Below are positions 35,460 to 48,924 of a stretch of DNA of 64,000 bases, piece by piece. The notes under the pieces are model-generated. The model was not told the DNA's origin and did no database searches. It saw only the letters and a list, made by a program, of their open reading frames with translations. This DNA comes from Heterodontus francisci. Taxonomy: Eukaryota. The position numbers were made by a program, and so were the translations under genes. The stretch is from positions 30,319,612-30,383,611 of the forward strand of contig NC_090394.1 in assembly GCF_036365525.1 (NCBI RefSeq), given 5' to 3'. Each line of letters begins with the position of its first letter. Position 1 is the first letter of the stretch.

Positions 35460-36035
35460 ATTTGGCCTCAACACTGAATTCAATAATTTCAGATCATAAC
35501 CACTGCTCCCATTTTCTTTCAGCCAACAGGTGCTGGTAATGATTCCACTGTTGCCACTTATACTTCCCCTAGACCCATCTTTTGTTTCTTGTCCTCATTA
35601 CTATCCACTTTGGTCATCCCCTTTTGTCACTTAATCTCTCCTATCTTGCAGCCTCACAGACTTTCCCTTTTTTAAAATTCATTCATGGGATGTGGGCAAC
35701 ACTGGCCAGGCCAGCATTTATTGCCCATTCCTAATTGCCCTTGAGAAGGTGGTGGTGAGCTGCCTTCTTGAACCACTGCAGTCCATTTGGGGTAGGTATA
35801 CCCATAGTGCTGTTAGGAAGGGAGTACCAGGATTTTGACCCAGCGAAAGTGAAGGAACTTTTTGTACTTTCCTTCCTACCCATCCCCATTTCCTGGCCTG
35901 TGTACTTGCTTAAAAAGTCTTAAATCTCTAACTTCTGCCAGCTCTGATGATAGGTCATTGACCTGAAATGTTAACCCTGTTTCTGTCTCCACAGTTGCGA
36001 CCTGACCTGCCGAGTGTTTTCAGCATGGTTTGTTT
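35460..36035 (+). mobile_element. Old Penelope 3' end, interrupted by a CR1-clade fragment at about 35675-35858
   Basis: CTCAACACTGAATTCAATAATTTCAGA (GLN.EFNNFR), UTR, hammerhead and terminus. Confidence 0.75.
35940..35976 (+). ncRNA. Minimal hammerhead remnant (canonical CUGAUGA)
   Basis: CTGATGA-T-AGGTC(ATT)GACCT-GAAATGTTAAC; stem I degraded. Confidence 0.6.
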
Positions 36036-36904
36036 TTCCCCTCAATTAGATGCATCGGGCAACATTCCGGCCTGATGGAAGATGCAGGACCTACACTGGA
36101 CTACAATTTTAGTGGCTCCATCTCGTACAGCATTTATCAGAGGTCACCAAGCAGCTGAGTGGAGTTCAGAGAGTTGAATGGAATCTTCTGGTAGGGGTTC
36201 AAGGGCAGAGCAGCTGAAACTATAGGGTTTTAGTGAATTATAGAAAGACTTCACAATGTTTCTTTGTGATCAGGTCATGTACTTGAAGACAGGGTTTCCT
36301 TTGTGTTGAACGATAGGACATTTATCTATTTGAAATGGTGTATGCTGAGGTTTTTCAGTGTTGCGTGACAAATCAGGAATTTTTACTTTTACTTCAAGGA
36401 CAAACACATGAAAATGACTATTGGATGGAGCTTCTAAACTGAAAATTATAAAGTGTTGACTCTGCACATGTGCCTGATCCCGTCATAACTTACTCCATCA
36501 TATAATTAGAAAAATTACTGCCTTTAACCCATCCCTATAGGAAGATCATAAAATCTCGTACAGAAATCACAGCATTTGTTCCCTTTCCTATTCCAGTTCA
36601 ATGTCTCCTGTTCCTGTGTACAAGTTGCCTATTATAATTCTTAGTTAAAGTGGAGTGGCCCTGAAATTACTCATTTTTGGGACATTATTTCAGCGCAAAG
36701 GCATTTTCAGTAGTGGATGTTGGGGCGGGACCCGTTTCCACCAGGTTTACACTGGGATGTTATCCAATTGGGGAATCCTTACAATCTACCCAACTATTCT
36801 GCAGGCAACTACTTTAAATCTATGTAAATTAGGGGATGGGGATGTGACATAAGTGTGCTGCAATACTGGTAGTTACTCTGGCCATACATCAGAGGAGTTC
36901 TCTG

Positions 36905-37295
36905 GCAGCCGTGGCTCAGTGGTGGTACTCTCGCCTCTGAGTCAGAAGGTTGTCGGTTTAAGTCCCACTCCAGTGGTGTCGTCTTTTGGATGATGTGTTA
37001 AACCGAGGCTCTGGCGTCCCTATCAGTAAAAAAGATCCCGTGACACAATTTTGAAGGAAAACAGAGGAGTTCTTTCTGGTTTCCTGGTCAATATTTATCC
37101 TTCAACCAACATGACTCTGAAATAAAAACAAGTTTTCTGGTCATTATCACATTGCTGTTTGCTGTGAGCAAATTGGGTGCCACGTTTCCAACATTACAAG
37201 AATGACTACACTTCAAAAAGTACTTCTTTGGCTGTAAAGCGCTTTGGGACATCTTGAGGTTAAGGTACTAAATAAATTCAAATCTTTTCTTTCTT
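36905..37295 (+). mobile_element. DeuSINE, internally deleted
   Basis: GTGGCTCAGTGG A-box, Deu core, tail. Confidence 0.8.
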
Positions 37296-39233
37296 TCCTC
37301 CAAATAAATAAAACCCAAATTGAAATGGGTTTCAGTGAACTCTGACCCTGTTCCTAGTTGACACATGTTCAGCACAAACCTCTATTTTTGGAGGTGGGAG
37401 CAAGTTTTCGGAAAAGTGGGAGTTCATTATCCGTCAAAACTAGGAAGAGGGTGTCCAGGTGAGCTGACTTGTCAATGGATGAGAAACAATGGCCCCCATG
37501 TTGACTGGGGCGAGGTTTCAGAATAAGATTTGGGGGGGGCGGGGGGCGTGGTTTATGTTTGGGAATCTTAGAAGTCCAGGTTTCCCCAAATGCTGTGGAG
37601 ATTTAACTTCAGGCTGTATGTGTTATTTTTTTTGGCCAGGTTCTCCATCTGAAAGTCAGCCCGATTGATAGGCAAGGAAGATTTGGGAAAAAGCTGCAGC
37701 TCAGGAGCCAAGCAGCTTTGGGAGTGGGCGGGTTGGGGGTTGTGGGTAAGAAGTGGATTGTTGGGATTATCAATTTGCGGGGAATTGATGATCATGGGTG
37801 TTTGGGGGGATGGTGGAAATCATGGAGGTGTGGTGGGGGGAATGCTCCTCCCAGCTCACAAGTAGTGCTGTAAAGGCCTTATGGATCCAGTCCTTCTCAC
37901 CTCCCTTTATATGCTTGGTTTCCCATGGCCCAAGAAAACCAGACAACAGCATAAAACATAAACCTTGTTGAAGGAAGCTGTCTGCCTCCATTTTAACAGT
38001 TTCAATGACTGACGTGCCTCCTGAGAAAAGACTGGTTCCTCGTCCCACCTCCATCAAAACCGGTTTGAGGCGGGTTAGGTTTGGTTTTGACATTTTTAAC
38101 ATTTTAACTTCCCACCCTACCCAAACACACCACTTTTTTAAATTACTTCTATTGCTTTTGGTGCTCTAAGGGTTAAAAAAAAAATTCACCCCCCTGCCGC
38201 CTGGCAATTGCTCCCAAAGCACAAACCTGGGGTGATGAAAGTCAAATTACTCCCAGTCGGCCATAATACTGTACCTAGTGCCCACTGAAACCACTAGCTC
38301 CATTGCACCCTTTGTGCACAGACTCAAAATGTAGGGTCAAAGCAGCAACATATACACTAGATCTTATAGTATTGAGCAGCCAATGGCTTTTCTCTCATTG
38401 CCTTCAGTGTTTAACATCCTGAGCGTTGCCAGCTGTGGCCCTCAGAAATTAGAAGTCTTTTTGCAGCTTTTCTGAAAGATTCAAAGTTTTCATAAAAGTG
38501 AAGCCTTTGTGAGATTTTTAGTTGGCCAGTGCAGGATTGAGCTGGCTGGAATACAAATGCTGTAGACTGGTGACTTTTTGGGATTTTAAAAACACTGAAA
38601 CCCAACTTGTACCCCAATCCAAGAATAACAGTTCCTTTCAAAAACTAATTGTTGGGATCCAGCTGAGCTTGGGAACCATCAAACTTGCCCAAAACTCTCA
38701 CAGAAATGAAGTAAATGGCACAGAGCTCCCTAATGACAAACTCGTCCATTTCTGTTTTATATCAGCTTTTATAGAAAACCAAAAATAAATCTCTTCAACT
38801 CATTGGTTGGCTACTAACCAGGCATGTTCCCCAGAGGAAACGTGCTCAGCTTTCTTTCTATTTCTTTCATTTTGCATTAAAGTTTTACACTGTCTCCCCT
38901 CCTGCTCTTAGCCTTACTGTTTAATTACTCTGAGGTTAAGCATGTGTTTAATTGCTCTGGGGTTAAGCATGTTCTGGAAGCTACTTGGAAAGTGCAGGCA
39001 GGGTTCCAGCGGGTGAACATTTCATCCAAACTCCCTCGTCCTTGCATTGCACATCAGGTTTGACTCACTGCAAATCAACTGTCCGATGTGATATCGTAGA
39101 CCCTATAAGGATGGATAATGTTAGTACGTCTACACTAAAGTCAAATCAGCTTCTCTATGGCTGTGTGGGTTAATTTGCTGCCAAGTGTGGAACTAAAGTG
39201 GTAAAGTAGTATATTGGGTATGTTACCAAACTA

Positions 39234-39640
39234 ATAACAAGAACAACTTGTATTTATATTGTGCCTTTAATGTAATAAAATGTCCCAAAGCACTTCACAA
39301 GAGCATTATAAAACAAAATATGACACCAAGCCACATAAGGAGATATTAGGTCTGATGACCAAAGGTTTGGTCAAAGAGGTAGGTTTTAAGGAGTGTCTTA
39401 AATGAGGAAAGCGAGGTGGAGAGGTATAAGGAGGGTATTCTAAAGCTTAGGGCTTAAGCAACTGAAGGCATGGCCACCAATGGTGGAGCGATTAAAATCA
39501 GGGATGCACAAGAGGCCAAAATTAAAGGAGCACAGATATGTTGGGGCTGAAGGAGTTTACTGTGATGGGGAGGAGGCGAGGCCATGGATGGATTTGAAAA
39601 CAAGCATGAGAATTGTAAAATCAAGACATTGCTTGACTGA
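39234..39640 (-). mobile_element. L2-type LINE 3' end
   Basis: Homologous to 11993-12332 and 49388-49810. Confidence 0.75.
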
Positions 39641-40176
39641 GTCTGATAGTTCAGAGAATGTGAGTTCAAGCCCAGCATGTCAACTTGAGAAATTGACTTC
39701 AACTTTATAAAATTGAAACTGTCAGATTGTCATAAGAACCCAACTGGTTTACTAACATCCTTTAGGGAAGGAAACCTGTCCTTACCTAATCTGGGCTAGA
39801 TGTAACTCCAGTCCCATACCAATGTGATTGACTCTTAATTTCCATCCAAGTGACCTATCAACTGCAAAGAATAACAAGAATCACCGCACAGACTGTAGAG
39901 GTTCGAGAAGAAGGCCCATTATCACCTTCTCGGGGCAACTAGAGAGGGACAATAAATGCCTTGCCAGCAACACCTACATCCCGAGAATTAATAAAAATGA
40001 AGTGTGGAACTGAGCCATACAGACCAGGAAGATCTGAGGTTCAATCCTAGGTCTATGCCAAGCTAATTAGAGGTTATGGTTATGTAGTGGTTATGACTAG
40101 AAACCTGTAGGTCATGGGTTCAAATCCCAGCATGGTAAGTTACAAGATCAAATTATGTAAAGCTGGTCACTTATGG

Positions 40177-40252
40177 AATAAAAACAGAAAGTGTTGGAAA
40201 TGTTTCTGTTTTTCTTTCAAATTTACAGCATCTGCAGTATTTTGCTTTTGCA
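40177..40252. mobile_element. 76-bp fold-back Penelope-terminus insert
   Basis: AAAAACAGAAA...TTTCTGTTTTT hairpin followed by GCATCTGCAGTATTTTGCTTTT; 14-bp TSD CTGGTCA(C/T)TTATGG at 40163-40176 and 40253-40266. Confidence 0.75.
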
Positions 40253-40526
40253 CTGGTCATTTATGGGCTTGCCTCAGAAGACATAAATGCTGGATTCTTG
40301 TAAAATGGCTCACTAATCTGCAGCTGGCACCTGGACCCAGTCTAGCCTACATACCCTCCAGTCCCACACCATATGATTGACCCTTAATGCCCTTGGTTGT
40401 CAGAGATGTGCAATACAAACCTATCTCAGCTGATATATCAGTAAGTGATCCTAGACCATGGAGGCCAAGGCTCCTGCTCCTGGTTACTATCCAGCTGCTT
40501 TTGCTCATGTGTGAACATTGGATAAG

Positions 40527-40977
40527 AAAGACTTGCATTTATATAGTGCCTTTCACAACCTCAGGATATCCCAAAGTGCTTTGCAGAAAATGAAGTACTT
40601 TTGAAGCATAGTTACTGTTTTAATGTTGGGAACACGGCAGCCAATTTGCACACAGGAAGGTCCCACAAACAGCAATGTGATGATGAACAGATAATCTGTT
40701 TTTACGTTGATTGAGGGATAAATATTGGCCAGAACACTGGGAATAATTCACCTGTTCTTCTTCAAAATAGTGCCGTAGGATCTTTTACATCCCGAGAAAG
40801 CAGATGGGGTCTTGGTTTAATGTTTCATATGAAAGGTGGCACCTCAGACAGTGCAGCACTTCCTCAGTACTGCACCCGTGCATCAGCCTAGATTTTTGAG
40901 CTGAAGTGCCTGGAGTGGGACTTGAATCCACAACCTGCAGAGGCGAGTGTGTTACATACTGAGCCATGGCTGACAGG
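40527..40977 (-). mobile_element. DeuSINE, full length
   Basis: Reverse complement of the 10908-11370 family. Confidence 0.85.
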
Positions 40978-41679
40978 GGCATGGTTTGGCTCTGATGCCC
41001 CCTTAACTAGCTGTGACTGACTCTTTAGGTCCAGGTTCACATATGAAGTAAACCCATTTGATCAAGCATTTGGGGACAGTTGGCAGAATGAAATCAAACC
41101 CCACTAGAAGTCAGCATCTACAAAAGAGAAGGGGAGGGAATTGGAGGCACAAAGCAATAGCCTTTCAGGCTGATCAGACAATTAGGTGGTTTCCTGGAAT
41201 ACCCTATATGGAAATATCACCATCTGCTATGAAGCTTAAAGAGGTGGTACATTTAATCACTTTAGAGTCAAAGTGCAATCATTTCTCTCATCCAGCGTAC
41301 ATCTGAGAAATAATGAGTTCATTTTCAATCTTATTCCCTGTCCTTAGTCTCATTTTACTTTGTCTTTCAAAGAAATTTATTCCTAATTTTAGTTTAGTCC
41401 TCTGTTCCCAAAATTCTAGTTGTATTTTAGTTTTTAGAGTTGGTTTTAAGAATGTCAAAGATGTAGCTTTTGGTTTCAGCAACTTATTTTGCCCCTCGCC
41501 CCTCACCACCCCCCCGCCCCCCCCCCAACAAAGTGAGAGGATACAGTCTCATCATGACGAGGGGCCAGGACTTTTGTCTGAGGGAGTCACCCCAGAATAC
41601 AGCAATGTAGTCCCTGGCAGCCAGTTACACATGGTACTAGCATACCAGGGAACAGATCTAAAATCAAGGAAAATTAAAG

Positions 41680-43331
41680 ATGTTTTATAAATACATAAAG
41701 AGCAAGAGGATAACTAAGGAGAGAGTAGGGCCAATTAGAGACCAAAAAGGCAACTTGTGAGAGGGACGAAGCAGACATTGTTGTTAAGGAGGAGGAGGAG
41801 TGTGAAATATTGGATGGGATAAACATACTGTAGGAGGAAATAGTAAGGTGTTTATCATCCTTGAACATGGATAATTCACCAGGCCTAGATGAAATGTATC
41901 CCAGCTGCTATGGGAAGCAAGGGAAGAAATAGTGGAAGCTCTGACCATCATTTTCCAATCCTCTCTGGCTACAGGCATAGTGCTGGAGGATTGCTGACAT
42001 CTTGTTGTTTAAAAAGGGAGGAAGGGATAGCCCGAGTCATTACAGGTCAGTCAGTCTAACCTCGATGGTGGGAGAATTATTGGAAAAAATTCTGACAGTA
42101 TAAATCATCACATAGAAAGATCCAGATTAATCAATTTTTTGAGGAAGTAACAATGAGGGTCAATGAGAATAGCGCATTTGATGTAGTCTACATGGATTTT
42201 AGCAAGGCTTTTGCCAAGATCCCACATGACAGATCAGTAAATTAAATGCTTATGGGATCCAAGGGCAAGTGGTAAGTTGGATCCAAAATTGGCTCAGTGG
42301 CAGAAGCGAAGGGCTATGGTCAATGGGTGCTTTTGTGAGTGAAAGGCTGTTTCCAGTGGGTTCCACAGGATTCAGTACTGGGTCCTTTGCTTTTGTGGTA
42401 TATATCAATGATTTAGACTTAAATGTAGGGGGCATGATCAAGAAGTTTGCAGATGATATGAAAATTGGCTCTGTGGTTGATAGTGAGGAAGAAAGCTGTA
42501 GACTGCAGGAAGACATCAATGGACTGGTCAGGTGGGCAGAAAAATGGCATATGGAATTCAATCCGGAGAAGTGTGAGGTAGTGCATTTGGGGAGGACAAA
42601 CAAGGCAAGGGAATACACCATAAACAGTAGGATTCTGAAAAGTGTAGAGGACCAGAGGGACCTTGGATTATATGTCCACAGATCCCTGAACGTAGCAGGG
42701 CAGGTGGATAAGGTAATTAAGGAAGCATACTTTCCTTTATTGGCCGAGGCTTAAAGTATAAGAGCAGAGAGGTTATGCTAGAACTATATAAAACACTAGT
42801 TAGACCACAGCTAGAGTAGTGTGTACAGTTCTGGTCACCATGTTACAGGAAGGATGTGATCACACTAGAGAGGAAAATGAAGAGATTTAAGAAGATGTTT
42901 TCAGGAATGGAGAATTTTAGCTGTGAGGAAAGATTGGATAAACTGGGTTTATTTTCTTTGCAACAGAGAAGGCTGAGGGGAGATTTAATTGAGGTGTATA
43001 AAATTATGAGGGGCCTAGATATGGTGGATAATGAAGGACTTATTTCTGTTAGCAGAGATGTCAATGACCAGGGTGCATTGATATACAGTAATTGGTGGAA
43101 GGATTAATGGGGAGTTGAGGAGTCCTCTTTTCATCCAGAGGGTAGTGGGATCTGAAACTTACTGCCTGAAAGGGTAGTAAAGGCGGAAACCCTTGGATAT
43201 GCACTTGAGGTGCGGTAACCTACAGACCAAGAAATGGAAGGTGATATTAAACTGAATAGCTCTTTTTCAGCCCGCCCGGATGTGATGGGCTGAATGCCCC
43301 CCTTCTGTGCCGTAAATCTTTCTATGTTTCT
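41680..43331 (+). mobile_element. CR1 LINE, degenerate ORF2 3' half
   Basis: ORF 42269..42754 reads YINDLD...KFADD.KI...WAEKW.MEFN; tail ...TTTCTATGTTTCTAT. Confidence 0.9.
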
Positions 43332-43335
43332 ATAT

Positions 43336-45472
43336 TGTCATGTGCCTGTAGTTTTTTTCCTCCGGAGAATATGCGGTTTGCCTTTAAGGCTTGCAAAGGA
43401 TTAGTACTGCTTTAAGAACCAGCAAGCCTCAGGAGTTATAGAAAATGCATTTTTGGTTGCCGTTGGATACGCCCATATGGACAGGGGACCAACCAGCTTC
43501 AGAGATTTCATCCTGGTTACCTGGCAACAGCCATTTGGAGACTGCGATTCAAAGGATGCATTCTCATTACCTTGGATACAGCCACATGGATTGAGTATCA
43601 CACGATATATTTGTTACAATTCAATTTTGAACTGGCTTTTTAGTTAAAAGCAGTCTGTTCTAACAGAGAACACAGACAGACAGCTGGTGTTAGCGCCTGA
43701 AAAAAAGAGCTCTCAGCCATTTAAACTGAAGTAAGAGAATTTTAGTCTGTTTATTACTATCTCTCAAAATTCTAAAAAAGTCAAGCCAGAACAGAGATCT
43801 CTGATCATTTAAACTGAAGGAAGGGAAGTTAGACTGTGACAATCTTTTATCCCTCAAAAACTCTAAAATCAGATTGATTCTATTAAAAGTGTTTGCAGGT
43901 TGTTAATTGTTGAAATCCATTAGAACATAAACGTAGAACAGTACAGCACAGTACAGGCCCTTCGGCCCACGATGTTATGCCGAACCTTTAACCTACTCTA
44001 AGATCAAACTAACTACCTACCCTTCATTCTACTATCATCCATGTACCTATCCAAGAGTCGCTTAAATGTCCCTAATGTATCTGCTTCTACTACCACCGCT
44101 GGCAGCGCATTCCACGCACCCACCACTCTCTGTGTAAAGAACCTACCTCTGACATCTCCCCCAAACCTTCCTCCAATCACCTTAAAATTATGCCCCCTGG
44201 TGATAGCCCTTTCCACCCTGGGAAAAAGTCTCTGACTATCCACTCTATCTATGCCTCTCATCATCTTGTACCCCTCTATCAAGTCACCTCTCATCCTTCT
44301 TCGCTCCAATGAGAAAAGCCTTAGCTCCCTCAATCTTTCTTCGTAGGACATGCCCTCCAGCCCAGGCAGCATCCTGGTAAATCTCCTCTGCACCCTCTCT
44401 AAAGCTTCCATATCCTTCCTATATTGAGGCGACCAGAACTGAACACAATATTCCAAGTATGGTCGAACCAGGGCCTTATAGAGCTGCAGCATAACCTCGT
44501 GGCCCTTAAACTCAATCCCCCTGTTAATGAAAGCCAACACACCATACACCTTCTTAACAACCCTATCAACTTGGGTGGCAACTTTGAGCGATCTATGGAC
44601 ATGGACCCCAAGATCCCTCTGTTCCTCCACACTACCAAGAATCCTGTCTTTAAGCCTGTATTCCGCATTCAAATTCGACCTTCCAAAATGAATCACTTCA
44701 CACTTTTCCAGGTTGAACTCCATCTGCCACTTCTCAGCCCAGCTCTGCATTCTGTCAATGTCCCGTTGCAACCTACAACAGCCTTCCACACTATCCACAA
44801 CTCCAGCAACCTTCGTGTCATCGGCAAACTTGCTAACCCAGCCTTCCACTTCCTCATCCAAGTCATTTATAAAAATCACAAAGAGCAGAGGTCCCAGAAC
44901 AGATCCTTGTGGAACACCACTGGTCACCGAGCTCCATGCTGAATACTTTCCATCTACTACCACCCTCTGACCTCTATGGGCCAGCCAATTTTGTATCCAG
45001 ACAGCCAACTTTCCCTGAATCCCATGCCTCCTTACTTTCTGAATGAGCCATTGCTGAAGAAGGAAGCGTCACTTACTGCTGGAGTTAGACTACGGACTGT
45101 TCTACTGTGGAAGAATCTTTTTTCCCCATTGGACGGCTGTGAGAACTTCAAGCAACATTGGACTGTAAATTTGCAAGGACTCTTCATTTTTTCTACTTTT
45201 AATGTTGTTTATATCTTAGTAGTGTTTAAGAATTTAGTTTTTCTAATTAAACAGTTAATTTGTTGATTTAAAGACACCTGGTTTGGTTAACCCCCAAATG
45301 AGGCTACTGGATGGTACAATTTGGCTGGGTCTTTCTTTAATTTGGAAAGTTTAAAATGATATGTTAGGCAATCTGTGGAAGGAAAGGTTTGAATTAACAG
45401 TGCGTTTCTCCTGCCACAATCAGAATCGTATATTTTGATTGGGGGCTTTGACTGGAGCGGTCGGTCGTAACA
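43336..45472 (+). mobile_element. Solo LTR (family B) containing a CR1 insertion
   Basis: TGTCATG...GGTCGTAACA; TSD ATAT at 43332-43335 and 45473-45476; colinear with 9188-10421. Confidence 0.88.
43921..45047 (-). mobile_element. Young CR1 LINE 3' portion with an intact RT frame
   Basis: 331-aa ORF 44013..45008 (GVPQGSVLGPLLF, KFADDTK); CCATT duplicated at 43917-43921 and 45048-45052. Confidence 0.93.
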
Positions 45473-45581
45473 ATATCTACCACATTATTCATTGGGGAAT
45501 GGGGTGCAGCATGGGTCAGTCAAAACACAGGACAAAAGATTAAATTATTATATTCCATTTTTTATATTTAAACTTCATATT

Positions 45582-45889
45582 GGGCTGGATTTTGTTCTCC
45601 CCCCAGCGTCGGGTTTCGTGGCGGGTAGGGGCCTGAAGATGTCTCCAGGAGAGGGCCAGCAGGCACCCTAATGCCGGGAGGGCCCGGCCCAATATTACTG
45701 GTGGCGGCGAGGTTTCGTGGCGCACAGGCAGCTTGCGCCATTGCTGGGGATGGACAGCCAGCCCTCTCCACGTGATTGGGGGGGCAGCCTGTGCTGGCTA
45801 TTTAAATGAGCCGCTGAACAGAAGATTGCGGCGGCTCTGTTTTTATCACCCGCCACCGACATCGGCGGCAGGAACAGAGAATTCAGGCC
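45582..45889. mobile_element. GC-rich MITE, PIF/Harbinger-like
   Basis: Imperfect TIRs GGGCTGGATTTTGTT / AACAGAGAATTCAGGCC; 3-bp TSD ATT. Confidence 0.6.
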
Positions 45890-46284
45890 ATTAGATAGGA
45901 TTAGAATTTTCTGGTATCGATTCATTTTAGGGGAAGCTAGATAAGCAGATGAGGGAGAAAAGAATTGAAGATTATGCTGGTCGGGTGAGATGAAGTAGAG
46001 TGAGAGGAGGCTCACTGGAGCATAATCACTGGTACAGACCAGTTGAGCAGTTAATGTGTTGTTGGTTCTAAGTGATATCAGCTGGTTGATGTTTCCCCTC
46101 ATGGTGAGTTCCTGATCTCAGGGAAAATGTGCTGAGAAAAGAGGAAGACAAACATTTTTCTACAGGGAGAGAATATGGGAGCTGATTCCCTGCCACCCTC
46201 CCTAAGCCACTGCTGATTTCATCCAGTCACACAGCAGCACTGGTTACCCACCCTCACTGGTTGAGGCCTCAGCTGGTGAAAGGA

Positions 46285-46955
46285 ATATAGGAACAGGAGG
46301 AGGCCATTCATTGCCCAAGACTGTTCTACCATCCAAAGGTTTCATGGCTGATGTGAATTCTAACTCCATCCACCCTCTTTGACTCCATATCCCTTAATAC
46401 CTTTGGCTAGCAAAAATCCATCAATCTCTTATATAAAACTTTTAATTGAGCTACCATCTACTGCTTTTTGTGGGAGAGAGTTCCACTCTTCAACCACTGT
46501 TTGTGTGAAGAAATGTTTCCTAACTTTTATCCTGAATGGACTGGCTCTGATTTTAAGGTTCTGTTCCCTTGTCTGAGACTCTCCTACCAGCAGAAAAAAG
46601 AATTCTCTCTACTGTATTGATTCCTTTCAAATCCTAAAAACCTCAATCAAATCACTGCTTAACTTTCTACTTTACAGGAATACAAGCCCAATTAATGTTA
46701 TCTCTCTGCATAATCTAACCGTTGGAATTGTGGTAATGTTCTGGTGAATCTATGCCGCACTCCTTCCAAGGCCAGTATATCCTTTCTAAGGTGTGGGTGT
46801 CCAGTACATAGTGCTCCAGATGTGGTCTAACCAGGGCTTTGTATAGCTGCAGCAAAACTTCCTCCCCTTTATATTCTAGTTCTCTTGTTATAAAGGCTAC
46901 AATTCTGTTAGCCTTTTTAATTATTTTGTACACGGGCTACATTTTAATGATCTGA
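46285..46955 (-). mobile_element. CR1 3' fragment
   Basis: ORF 46715..46933 reads LQLYKALVRPHLEHY. Confidence 0.8.
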
Positions 46956-47204
46956 TTAGTCAGTAAAAGGAGAAAGGGGAGAAAATAATATCTTTTTTAA
47001 AGAAAAGTAAACTGAGGGAGTTGCCGCTCTAGCTGCTGCCTCTGTACTCCTGCCATGAATGTGAATATTACTTTATTACATCTTTCTGCTGGTGCGAAAA
47101 GGGACAAAGTCACAAATTCACTGAGCACTCTCCCTGAAGCACCAATATACTGGTAAATGTAAAAACTCAAAGCCAGATGTGGGGCTTCTACATGTCTGTT
47201 AAAC

Positions 47205-47385
47205 ATAGAGACAGATAATGTGGGAAATATTCAGCAGCTCAAGTGCATCTAGAGAGAGAGAAACATAGTTATAGTTTCAGGTCCATCGGTAACTCTGTCC
47301 ACAGATGCTGCCAGACCTGCTGAGTATTTCCAACATTTTCTGTTTTTATTACAGATTTCCAGCATCTGCAGTATTTTGCTTTTGT
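47205..47385. mobile_element. Inverted pair of Penelope termini
   Basis: GGAAATATTCAGCAG...GCATCT opposed to AGATGCTGCCAGACCTGCTGAGTATTTCC. Confidence 0.65.
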
Positions 47386-47459
47386 ACTCAATACAAGCAG
47401 AATATTTTTTAAAACCTGAGTGACGCCTATATGTTGGTTTTGAGAAATATGGGTGTCAT

Positions 47460-48292
47460 TATACACAAATCACTGAAAGTTAACATGCCAGCTATTCAGA
47501 AGGAAAATGGTATGTTATCCTTTATTGCAAGGGGGTTGAAGTTTAAAAGTAAAGAAGTCTTGTAGCAATTATATTGGGGCTTCGTGAGACTACACCTCGA
47601 CTACTGCTTACAGTTTTGGTCTCCTTACCAAAAGTAGGATATACTCGCCTTAAAGGGGATGCAACAAAGGTTCTGTAGATCGATTTCAGGGATGAGGGCT
47701 GTCCTCTGAGGAACGATAGAGTAGAACGATCCTATGTTCTCCAGGGATAGAAAAATAAGAGGTGATCTTATTTGAAAAGTAAAAAATTCTGAGAGGGCTT
47801 GACAGGGTGGATGCTGAGAGGCTGCTTTTACTGTTGGAGATTCTAGAACGAGATATTATAGTCTCAGGATAAGGGATTAGACTGAGATGAGTACAGCAGA
47901 AGTACGGGAGTGGGAAGAGAAGCCATTGCAGATGATGCTCTGGCTACAATTAGATAAGAATGAAACCAGGCAAGTGCAGCCCCACCCAGCTGGACAACGG
48001 TGGAGAGGCATTGGTGGAGGATGGTATGGGCAACGATGTTAAAGGCTACAGACAGGTCGAGAAGGACGAGGAGGGAAAGTTTACTTTTTCACAGTCACAT
48101 AGGATGCCATTTGTGACTTTGATAAGAGCCGTTTTGGTACTGTGGCAGGGGCCTGATTGCAGGGATTCAAACATGGAGTTCCAGGAAAACTGTGCTGGAA
48201 CTTGAGAGGCAACAACACATTTAAGGGTCTTGGAGAGGAAAGGGGGTTTGGAGACAGGACGGCATAGTTTGCAAGGTTGGGGTCAAGGGTTT
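47460..48292. mobile_element. Degenerate CR1 (+, to about 47890) and L2 (-, from about 47895) fragments
   Basis: CR1 C-terminal motifs, then L2 RT-type sequence (GGATGCCATTTGTGACTTTGAT). Confidence 0.6.
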
Positions 48293-48924
48293 TTTTTAAA
48301 GGAGATTTTCACCATACCCACTGGGGGGAAAAACTCTCCCTTAGTTCCCCAATTTGTTCACACTTAATCTCACATCTCTGCTGTACTGACCTGCTGTCTC
48401 ACCTCTGATTTTGACACCCTTATTTCTCCCAAATCACTCACCTTCTCAAACCACAAATGTTCCATCTGCTGAAGTCCCCCGTCTCACCTTTGGAACCTGC
48501 TTTACAACAGTGACAACCTGAAAGTACTTTATTGCCTGTAAAGAACTTTGGGACATCCTGATGTTATAAAAGACGCATTATAAATGCGATTGGTCTTTTT
48601 AAATATCTGCTAGCTCTGACCCCGTATTACTTTTTGTGCAATGTTGCTTGGCCATTTCTCGTTTCCGCAAGGAAGTTTCTGGAATAACTTGAACAACTGG
48701 GCGCAGCTGCAATAACAAAACAAGAGGCCATAACACCTCACACAATGAGGCAGATATTAAAAATTACCAGCCCAAAGTGCAATAATTTATCTTCTCTTTC
48801 CCAGCTATCTGCCACCTATTTACACCTGAACCGATTTCTCCAGCTAACTTAAATCACAACCTTCAGGGTGAATATTGTTTAAAAATATATACTCTCAATA
48901 TATTAAACATAATATCACAGAAAA

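Noticed and set aside
272-45008. Novel RT-based system (retron or DGR-like) suggested by the many RT ORFs
   Set aside because: Each RT has the domain context and termini of Penelope, RTE, CR1 or Gypsy elements.
1-48900. SHMT1 or other minus-strand coding exons upstream of DHRS7B
   Set aside because: I looked for hallmark peptides (LIASENF, YSEGYPG, GGHLTHG, TTHKTL) in the non-repeat stretches and the ORF track and found none; short exons could have been missed by eye.
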